From contig JBBDRO010000032.1 of the NCBI GenBank assembly GCA_040905425.1, positions 93,730-157,729 of the forward strand: 64,000 nucleotides of DNA. The letters are read 5' to 3'. Each line of letters opens with the position of its first letter. Position 1 is the first letter of the stretch. A model generated the notes under the pieces. It was not told the DNA's origin and made no database searches. It was given only the letters and a program-made list of their open reading frames with translations. This document shows positions 38,926-46,145 of this stretch, piece after piece. Source of the stretch: Gemmatimonadota bacterium. GTDB taxonomy: Bacteria; Gemmatimonadota; Gemmatimonadetes; Longimicrobiales; RSA9. A program made the position numbers and the translations under genes.

Positions 38926-39632
38926 CCATGACGGTTCGGGCCTGGATCCTGGGAGCCACCACGGCCGTCTGGCTCGTGGCCGCTGCCGGCGCGCCGCCGG
39001 TCGCCGGTCAGGTGACCACTCCGATCGCGCCGAATCCGGGCCTGGCCGAGAATTACGTCATCGGGGTGGGCAACGTGCTCCGCCTGGTGTTGCCCGACCG
39101 TGGCGCTTCGTACAGCGGTGACTACGTGGTCGAGGAGGACGGCATGGTCTACCTGCCGCCCTTCGGTGCCGTGGAGGTCGTGGGCCTGACGCTCCCGGAA
39201 TTGCGGGAGCGCCTGCGGACCGATTACCGAGCCCACTTTTCCAACGATCCCGCCGTGGTGGTCACGGTTATGGCCTATTTCATGGCGGCGGTGATGGGTG
39301 AGGTGGCCCAGCCTGGAAACTACCAGCTTCCCGCCGGCTCCACGTCGCTGCAGGCGGTCGCCGCCGCGGGCGGGTTCCGCGACAACGCCAATGAGCGCGG
39401 GACCTACCTGCTGCGCGGTCAGCAGCGCATCGAGCTGGGCGGCATGCCGGCGGACGATGACATGGACACCGAATCCGCCGCCTCGGTGGTGGCGGCGCTC
39501 GGCGCGCACGTGCTGAGTTCGGGGGATGCCGTGGTGGTGCCCCGGGCCAGTTTCACGTGGCTGACGGCAGGCAATCTGTTTACGCTGGCGCAATTCCTGG
39601 TGAGCGTCGTCACCCTGATACGGCTCTTCTGA
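38922..39632 (+). CDS. Polysaccharide export protein (Wza/OPX-like, with SLBB domain)
   Basis: Signal peptide. YVIGVGNVL..V.EDG...LP..G.V.V.GLTL.EL and V.GEV..PG.Y...A.A.AGG motifs. Confidence 0.85.
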   Translation: MTMTVRAWILGATTAVWLVAAAGAPPVAGQVTTPIAPNPGLAENYVIGVGNVLRLVLPDRGASYSGDYVVEEDGMVYLPPFGAVEVVGLTLPELRERLRTDYRAHFSNDPAVVVTVMAYFMAAVMGEVAQPGNYQLPAGSTSLQAVAAAGGFRDNANERGTYLLRGQQRIELGGMPADDDMDTESAASVVAALGAHVLSSGDAVVVPRASFTWLTAGNLFTLAQFLVSVVTLIRLF

Positions 39633-39648
39633 GCACGGGACAGTGGCC

Positions 39649-41997
39649 ATGACGAACCTGAACGGGCCTCCAGCCGGACCGGTACTGCCGGCGTCCGATG
39701 GCCCTGCCGCGCCACCGCGGGTGCGCGAGCATCTGCATGTCCTCAGGCGGCGCTGGTGGATCGTGGCGCTCGTGGCCGTGGCGCTCGTGGCGGGGTCCTG
39801 GTGGCGGCAGCGGGGGCAGGTGCCGCACTACCAGGCCGTGGCATCGGTGAAGACCTCTCCGTACGCGGGTGATTTTCTCAGTGGCGGTTATGCGGCTTGG
39901 TTGGCCAGTGATCCGGCCCAGCTGGCCACACAGGTGCGCATCATCCGCACCCAGGGCGTCCTCGCGCCTGTCGTGGATTCCCTGGGACTGCGCTTTCAGG
40001 TGGAGGGATCCGAATACCAGTTCCACGACGTAGTGGATCGTGCACTCGTGGCGCCGGGCGCACCATCGCAGGGCTATCAGTTGACTTCCGAGCAGGGCCT
40101 GATCGTGTTGCAGGAGCGGGGCACCGGGCGGACGGTGGACGTAGCCTCGGCCCATGTGCTGATCGGTCCCGGGCTGACCCTGTTCCTGAACCCGGACTTC
40201 ACTCCGCCGCAGCCGGTGGCAGTGGCGGTTGTCAGCGCCGACGCGGCGCTCGGGAGGCTGCGCGGCGGCCTGGATGCCTCCCTGGCCCGCAACAGCGTCC
40301 TCATCGACATCGCGTACACGTCGCCCGACTCCATCATGGCGGCGCGCGTGGCCCAGCAGGTGGCCGAGCAGTATCGGTGGCACGCCGGAGGAGAGCTGCG
40401 CCGGAAGGCTCAGGAAACGCTGGACCTGGTGCGCGCCCAACGTGCCGAGTTGGAAGGCACGATGAGCGAGCGGCTCACCGGCGGGTCGGGCGGCAGTTCC
40501 GTCGCGTCGATCTTCGAGCAGAATCTCATGGGCATCGGGGACGCGGAGGCGTCGGCCCGTACGTACGCGGGGCAGGCGGCGATCGTGAGCAGAGCGGTGG
40601 GCATCTATGAGAACACGGGCAACATCGCCGTCCTGACCGCGCTCGGCGAGTTAGTGCCCGGCGCCAGCAGCCTCTACGACCGCCTTGCCGTCCTGCAGCG
40701 GGACCGTCAGCAGGCCATCGAGGATCGCGGTCCGGGCCCGGCCGTGGCCACGTACGACACGCTCATCGTTGCCGCGCGCGATCAGCTGGCCGATCAGGCG
40801 GCGCAGCGGCTGCGTGTGCTCGAGCAGCAGGAGCAAGCGGCTGTGGCCGAGGCCATTCGGTTGCGGCGCGAACAGGACGCGCTCCGTCCCCAGGTGGCCG
40901 TCTCGCAGGGCGTGGACCGGGAGTTGCTGGCGCTCCAGGAGCGGCAGCGCATGCTCTACGAGGAGGAGTTTGAGGCGGAGGTCGAGGCGGCCATCGAGGG
41001 TAGCCCGGTCGAGATCGTCCAACCAGCCGTAGTACCCACGGTGCCGCTGCCCCAGCGTCGCACGCGGACCCTGCTCCTGTCGCTCGTGCTGGGGCTGGCG
41101 CTCGGCATGCTCGCCGCCTTGCTGCTGGAACAGCTCGACACCCGGGTGCGGGACCCGGAGGACGTGCAGCGGTCCGCGGGGGTCGGCGTGATCGGCTTGA
41201 TCCCCGCGCTGCGCGAATCGTCCGGGGGGCGGCCGCTGGCGCTCTCCCAGGCGGAGCAGCAGACGGCCGGTGCGGAAGCATTCCGCAAGCTGCGCACGAA
41301 CCTGCGCTTCATCCGCGCGGAGCGGCCGCAGGTGGTGGCCGTCACCAGCGCGGGCCCGCACGAGGGCAAGAGCGTGCTCTCCGCGAACCTTGCTCTTGCG
41401 CTCGTGCAGCAGCGCTCCCGGGTGCTCCTGGTGGACGGGGACCTGCGCCGTCCGGTGCAGCACACGATCTTCGGACTGAAGCGTGACCCGGGGCTGTCGG
41501 ACGTGCTGGTGGGCATCCTGCCGCCCACCCAGGCCATTCGCAAGGACGTGCAGATCCCCGGGCTCTACGTCATGCCCTGCGGCACCGAGGCGCCGAATCC
41601 GTCGGAACTACTGGGCAGCGAGGAGTTCGTGAATCTACTCAACCAGATGCGCAAGCATTTCGACACCATCATCCTGGACACACCGCCCGTGAACCTGGTG
41701 AGTGACGCCGCCATCGTATCCACGGTGGCCGATGGCACGCTGGTGGTGGTGGACGCCGGCCGCACGGATCGGCACGTGCTGGCCAGTGCCGTGAACGAAT
41801 TGCGGCAGGCGCGGGCCACCCTGCTGGGGGTGGTGCTGAACCGGGTCGACAGCCGGTCGGCCTATGGATACGGATACGGACGCTTCGGACGCTATTATCG
41901 CTCGGGGTACTACAAGACCGAATCCGCGGCCAACGGGGACCGGGAGTGGCGGGAGACGCTCGACTCGCTGTGGCAACAGGTCTCCCCCTACGTCTGA
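39649..41997 (+). CDS. Polysaccharide co-polymerase / BY tyrosine kinase (Wzc-like)
   Basis: Two TM helices and a coiled coil. EAFRKLRTN, TSAGPHEGKS, LVDGDLRRP and DTPP motifs. C-terminal Tyr cluster YGYGYG..YY..YY. Confidence 0.93.
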   Translation: MTNLNGPPAGPVLPASDGPAAPPRVREHLHVLRRRWWIVALVAVALVAGSWWRQRGQVPHYQAVASVKTSPYAGDFLSGGYAAWLASDPAQLATQVRIIRTQGVLAPVVDSLGLRFQVEGSEYQFHDVVDRALVAPGAPSQGYQLTSEQGLIVLQERGTGRTVDVASAHVLIGPGLTLFLNPDFTPPQPVAVAVVSADAALGRLRGGLDASLARNSVLIDIAYTSPDSIMAARVAQQVAEQYRWHAGGELRRKAQETLDLVRAQRAELEGTMSERLTGGSGGSSVASIFEQNLMGIGDAEASARTYAGQAAIVSRAVGIYENTGNIAVLTALGELVPGASSLYDRLAVLQRDRQQAIEDRGPGPAVATYDTLIVAARDQLADQAAQRLRVLEQQEQAAVAEAIRLRREQDALRPQVAVSQGVDRELLALQERQRMLYEEEFEAEVEAAIEGSPVEIVQPAVVPTVPLPQRRTRTLLLSLVLGLALGMLAALLLEQLDTRVRDPEDVQRSAGVGVIGLIPALRESSGGRPLALSQAEQQTAGAEAFRKLRTNLRFIRAERPQVVAVTSAGPHEGKSVLSANLALALVQQRSRVLLVDGDLRRPVQHTIFGLKRDPGLSDVLVGILPPTQAIRKDVQIPGLYVMPCGTEAPNPSELLGSEEFVNLLNQMRKHFDTIILDTPPVNLVSDAAIVSTVADGTLVVVDAGRTDRHVLASAVNELRQARATLLGVVLNRVDSRSAYGYGYGRFGRYYRSGYYKTESAANGDREWRETLDSLWQQVSPYV

Positions 41998-42004
41998 GGT
42001 CGGC

Positions 42005-42295
42005 GTGCTGCGCGTGAGCGACGATTGTGTGGTCCGGGCCGCCCCGACGCAGGTATCGGCCGATCTCGAGGGGGAGGCGGCCGTGCTGGACACGCTGAGC
42101 GGCGTCTACTGGGGTCTGGACGAGGTGGGCGCGGCCGTCTGGCGGCATCTGCGCGAGCCCGTCAGTGTGCTCCGCCTGCGCGATGCCCTGCTGAGCGAAT
42201 TCAACGTGGACCGTGCAGCGTGCGAGCGAGATCTGCTCGGCTTCCTGATGGAACTGCGGGAGGCGGGGCTGCTCGAAGTGACCACGCTGGGTTGA
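42005..42295 (+). CDS. RiPP recognition element (PqqD family), lasso peptide B1
   Basis: 96 aa: 'SADLEGEAAVLD...GVYWGLDEVGAAVW..L....SV..L...L..EF.V.....E.DL..FL.EL...GLL'. GAGG RBS 7 bp after the wzc stop. Confidence 0.92.
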   Translation: MLRVSDDCVVRAAPTQVSADLEGEAAVLDTLSGVYWGLDEVGAAVWRHLREPVSVLRLRDALLSEFNVDRAACERDLLGFLMELREAGLLEVTTLG

Positions 42296-42305
42296 ACGGC
42301 CAGTC

Positions 42306-43310
42306 TCACCCCTCCAGGAACGCCACCAGGGGGTGGTCCGGCTGACTGCGGGTCGGCTGTCCGAACCCCGCGGCGAGCAATAGCTCGGCCACGGTCCCCG
42401 TCTGCCACTCCGCCGCCTGCAGGGCGAGTACCCCACCCGGCTGGAGGTACTCCGCGGCCCGCGGAATGAAACCCCGCAGCAACGCCAGGCCGTCCTGACC
42501 GCCTCCGCTCATGGTCTCCGCCGGCGCGAGCCAGAGGCGGCCACGGGCACGTTCCGCCGCCAGTAACACGGGTGGGAGCCAGGGCAGGTTGGCCGCGATC
42601 AGGTCCACCGTTCCAGCAAGCTCCCGGGGCAGCGGCTCCAGCAAAGACCCCCGCAGGAAGACGGCCCGCTGCAGGTCGAGTCGTCGTGCGTTGGCGCGGG
42701 CGGCCCGGCATGCGCGCGCGGAGGTGTCCGTGCCCCAGACCCGGGCGCGTGGCCGGTAACGCGCCAGCGCCAGGGCCACCGCCCCGCCGCCCGTCCCCCC
42801 GTCCACGGCGCGGGTCTCCCTGTCCGGATCCAGGTGGGCGAGCGCCGTCTTTGCCAGCAGTTCCGTGGTGGGGTTGGGCGCGAAGACGCCGGGCGGGATG
42901 ATCAGGTCAAGGTCCATGAAATGTACGCTGCGCCGGCGTTGCCCGGCCAGGCCAGCACGCAGCAGGGCCGCGATATGGTGGAGGCCATACTGCGCGCGGG
43001 CGGCCCATGGCGCCCCTACACCGATGGGTATCAGCTCGAGCGGCACGCCCTCCCTGATGAGGGCGGCGTCGGCCGGGTCCGCTGAGGGCTGCCAGCCCGC
43101 GGCGCGCAACGCCGCCCGGGCGGGGAGCAGCGCCGCCACCGCCACCTCCACGCGAATCTTCTCCGGATCCTCGGGCGTACGCGCTTCCACCCCCGCGGCG
43201 CGCAGGGCAGCGGCGGCCACCCTCCGCTCGGCACGAACGCGGAGCTGCCACGCCGCCCGCAATCGTGGCAGCGAGAAGCCGGAAGATTCCGGGGAGGCGG
43301 TGTGGGTCAT
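42306..43310 (-). CDS. PrmC/HemK-like SAM methyltransferase with atypical N-terminal domain
   Basis: GVFAPNPTTELL, VDGGTGGGAVALALA, GTDTS, ANLPW (an NPPY variant) and GG.DGL motifs. Confidence 0.85.
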   Translation of the reverse strand: MTHTASPESSGFSLPRLRAAWQLRVRAERRVAAAALRAAGVEARTPEDPEKIRVEVAVAALLPARAALRAAGWQPSADPADAALIREGVPLELIPIGVGAPWAARAQYGLHHIAALLRAGLAGQRRRSVHFMDLDLIIPPGVFAPNPTTELLAKTALAHLDPDRETRAVDGGTGGGAVALALARYRPRARVWGTDTSARACRAARANARRLDLQRAVFLRGSLLEPLPRELAGTVDLIAANLPWLPPVLLAAERARGRLWLAPAETMSGGGQDGLALLRGFIPRAAEYLQPGGVLALQAAEWQTGTVAELLLAAGFGQPTRSQPDHPLVAFLEG

Positions 43311-43371
43311 GATCGGCCAAGGAGCTCGGGTGGCGTTGACCTGAGCGGGCATTTCAAGCTACCGTCCATGC

Positions 43372-43824
43372 ATGCCCTCGCGCACCCCACCCCGCGCCGC
43401 CGAAAGGTGGCCGTTGCGCCGCCTGCTGGCACTGCCACGGATCGAGCGGCGGCTGCTGCTGCGCGCTGCGTGCGCACTATTCCTGGCCCGACGCGCGCTC
43501 CACCCGGTTCGTCGGCGTACGCCATCCCTCCTGGAAACGCGACCGGTGGTGTCCGGTAGGGTGGCCGGTGTCGAACCCGTGGCCGTGGCACTTGCGGTGA
43601 GCCGCGCCGGCCGTTATCTGCCGGGCGAGTGGACCTGCCTCGAGCAGGCGCTGGCGGGGCGCACCCTGCTTGCGGCGTTTGGCAGATCTTCCCGGGTGCG
43701 GCTCGGAGCCGCACGCTCCGCCCCCGGCGGGCAGCGCTTCCATGCCTGGCTCGAATGTGATGGGGTCGTGGTTCTGGGCGGCGATCAGCCGCGCGCCTAC
43801 GTGCCGCTGGACGCACGGCCCTGA
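43372..43824 (+). CDS. Lasso peptide leader peptidase B2 (transglutaminase-like)
   Basis: TCLEQALA (catalytic Cys), VRLG and FHAWLECDG (catalytic His) motifs. 150 aa. Confidence 0.92.
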   Translation: MPSRTPPRAAERWPLRRLLALPRIERRLLLRAACALFLARRALHPVRRRTPSLLETRPVVSGRVAGVEPVAVALAVSRAGRYLPGEWTCLEQALAGRTLLAAFGRSSRVRLGAARSAPGGQRFHAWLECDGVVVLGGDQPRAYVPLDARP

Positions 43825-43859
43825 GGGCCCTCCCTGCGCGCCACGCCACCGGCGCGCCC

Positions 43860-45008
43860 GTGAATCCCACCGATCACCTGCCCCTGCTCGCGGCCGCCGC
43901 GGCCCCGGGTGCCGCCGCGCGGGTGCGCTTCCACCGCCTGGCCGGGTCACTGGATCCGGAGCAGTGGCCTGCGGTGCTCGATGCCGCGGAGCGCCACCGG
44001 CTGCGTCCGCTGCTCCACCGTGCGCTCCAACGTACGACCGGCCTGGTCCCTTTTGCGGCGCAGGAATCCCTGGCCGAGGCGGTGCGCCACGACGCCGTCC
44101 TGGCGCTGGCCGCGCTCCGCGAGGGCCGGGCGGCGGCCGCGCTCCTGGCAGAGGCGGGAATCGCCTCGCTGGCGCTGAAGGGGCCGGTGCTGGCGTGCGC
44201 CCTCCACGGGGACCCTGCGCTGCGTGCCGCCGGGGACTTCGACCTGCTGGTGGCGCGGCGCCATGCCGCCCGCGCCGGCGCGCTGCTGGCCGACGGGGGC
44301 TGGGCGTGCGCCGTTCACCTGACGCCCCGGATGGCCGCCTCCCACTTGCGCACGCAGCATGAGCTGCCGTTTCGCCGGGGCGCGGCGCCCGTCCTGGAAC
44401 TCCACTGGGCCGTGGCCCAGCGGCACTGGGCGGTGCCGCTCGCGGCCGAGGCACTCCTGACGCGTGCACAGCCGGCGGGCCCGGGAGAAGCCTTCGGCCA
44501 GCCGAGCACGGAGGACCGGCTCCTGCTGGCGTGTATCCACGGGGCGCGGCACCGCTTCGCCACGCTGGACCTGCTCGCGGACGTGGCGGGCTGCGTGGCC
44601 CTCGGCGGCATCGACTGGAACAGGCTGTGGGCGGAAGCGGAGCGCGCGGGGGTGCGGCGCATTGTGGCCGTGGCGCTGGCCGTGGCGGAGCGCACCATGG
44701 ACGCCCGCCTGCCTGCCGCGGCCGGACGGCCGTTGTCGATAGATCGGACCGGAGGCCTGCTGGCCGCGCGGGCCGCGGAGCGCCTCGAGCGGGGCGTCGG
44801 CCCCGTGACCGGGTGGCGCGGGTTACGGGCCGAGTTGCTACTGCGCGAGCGCCGCGCGGACCGGGTACGCCGCCTGGGGCGGCTCGCGCTCACCCCTACC
44901 GCCGGGGACTGGGGCTGGGTGCGCCTGCCGGACCCCCTCCATCCGCTCTACCACGCGCTCCGTCCGGTCCGCCTGCTGGGTGTGGCCTGGGGTCGTCTGC
45001 GCAGCTGA
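43860..45008 (+). CDS. Nucleotidyltransferase (NTP_transf_5 family), lasso-cluster associated
   Basis: LALKGPVL, R..GDFDLLV, LELHW and C.HG.RH....L..L.D motifs. Confidence 0.88.
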   Translation: MNPTDHLPLLAAAAAPGAAARVRFHRLAGSLDPEQWPAVLDAAERHRLRPLLHRALQRTTGLVPFAAQESLAEAVRHDAVLALAALREGRAAAALLAEAGIASLALKGPVLACALHGDPALRAAGDFDLLVARRHAARAGALLADGGWACAVHLTPRMAASHLRTQHELPFRRGAAPVLELHWAVAQRHWAVPLAAEALLTRAQPAGPGEAFGQPSTEDRLLLACIHGARHRFATLDLLADVAGCVALGGIDWNRLWAEAERAGVRRIVAVALAVAERTMDARLPAAAGRPLSIDRTGGLLAARAAERLERGVGPVTGWRGLRAELLLRERRADRVRRLGRLALTPTAGDWGWVRLPDPLHPLYHALRPVRLLGVAWGRLRS

Positions 45009-45016
45009 GGACGCGC

Positions 45017-45967
45017 TCAGCGCTCTGCCGGCACCTCCACCAACGCCGCCACCCGCGCGGCAAAGCCCGGCAGCAACTCCAGTCCCCGGGGCGGCCGGGC
45101 GTGCCACACGGGAATCCGTGCCGCGCAGGCGGCGGCGGCCAGTTGACGGCGCAGGCGGTCCGGGTCCGTGACCACCCGGTTGAAGGTGGCCGCGAGGAGT
45201 GCGCGGACCGCCTGCCCCCCCCGGACCCGCTCGGGCGGGCCGCCCCTGTCCCCGGGGAGAGCGAGTGTCACCCATGCCCGGAGCGGCACGTCCGTCCGCA
45301 CGGCGCGGGGCACGGCGTACGCCCGCTTGGCGCTGTCCGGATGGAGGAGGACGCTGGCGCTTGACGGCAGTCCCAGAAGCAGCTCCGCAGCCTCCGGAAA
45401 CAGCTTCAAGCGCGCGGGTCCGGCGCGGGCCATCCGGCTGCCGGGGGCCAGCACCAGGACATCATCCGTCACGAGCCGGCCGCCGGCGGCCAGGAGCGCC
45501 GCGGCCAGCGTGGACTTGCCCACGCCCGGGGGGCCGGTGAGCGCCACGGCTCCCGCAGGCAGTGCCACCACCGTGGCGTGATAGGGCTCCAGGCCGCGTG
45601 CCACGAGGGAGAAGGACAGGAGCTGGGCATAGAGGTAGCCCGCCAGGGCGGCAGGCGCCGCGGGGGCCAGCGGGGCCACGCGGAGGCGGGCTCCGGCCGG
45701 GTCCGTGCGCGCCAGCAGCAGGTCGCGCCAGCGGAGCAGGAAGCCACCGTCCGCCGTGTCCTGCCAGGCCGCGTCCCCCATGACCCGCCACGCATCGTTC
45801 GTCGGCTGCAACCCCGCCGCCGGCACGGCGCGGATCACCACGTCCGGAGGGCCCTCCTCGAAAGCGGCGTCGGGGAAGGGCCACGGGCTCTCCACGGAGA
45901 GGCCGTAGACGCGGAAGCGGTGGGCGGCTGAAGGCGGACGGGGTGCGGACGTTGCGGGACGCCTCAG
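45017..45967 (-). CDS. HPr-kinase-like Ser/Thr kinase (lasso tailoring)
   Basis: FRVYGL N-terminus, YHATVV, Walker A GPPGVGKST, LVTDD. Start uncertain (CTG 45967 or GTG 46078). Confidence 0.85.
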   Translation of the reverse strand: MRRPATSAPRPPSAAHRFRVYGLSVESPWPFPDAAFEEGPPDVVIRAVPAAGLQPTNDAWRVMGDAAWQDTADGGFLLRWRDLLLARTDPAGARLRVAPLAPAAPAALAGYLYAQLLSFSLVARGLEPYHATVVALPAGAVALTGPPGVGKSTLAAALLAAGGRLVTDDVLVLAPGSRMARAGPARLKLFPEAAELLLGLPSSASVLLHPDSAKRAYAVPRAVRTDVPLRAWVTLALPGDRGGPPERVRGGQAVRALLAATFNRVVTDPDRLRRQLAAAACAARIPVWHARPPRGLELLPGFAARVAALVEVPAER

Positions 45968-46143
45968 AAGCGCGTGAACCCGCCGCCGGTCTTGGAGGGC
46001 TGCTCCTTGCTGGCGCCGCCCCCGCCGCGGGTGAGTTCCGCCAGGTCCCCCCAGCGCGTCAGGGTCGGCCGGACCCACGGCTTGAGCGGACGCTCCGGGC
46101 CGGGGGATGCCTCACGCGCCGGCGGTTCGGGTGCTTCGGCCAT
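45964..46143 (-). CDS. Lasso peptide precursor (59 aa)
   Basis: MAEAPEPPAREASPGPERPLKPWVRPTLTRWGDLAELTR|GGGGASKEQPSKTGGGFTRF. WxxPxL..xG....T(-2) leader, Gly1 and Glu8. GGAG RBS. Starts 2 bp after the cyclase stop. Confidence 0.9.
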   Translation of the reverse strand: MAEAPEPPAREASPGPERPLKPWVRPTLTRWGDLAELTRGGGGASKEQPSKTGGGFTRF

Positions 46144-46145
46144 GC

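Noticed and set aside
42005..42295. PqqD-like gene as PQQ biosynthesis
   Set aside because: No pqqA/B/C/E or radical SAM gene. The context is lasso B2, cyclase and precursor.
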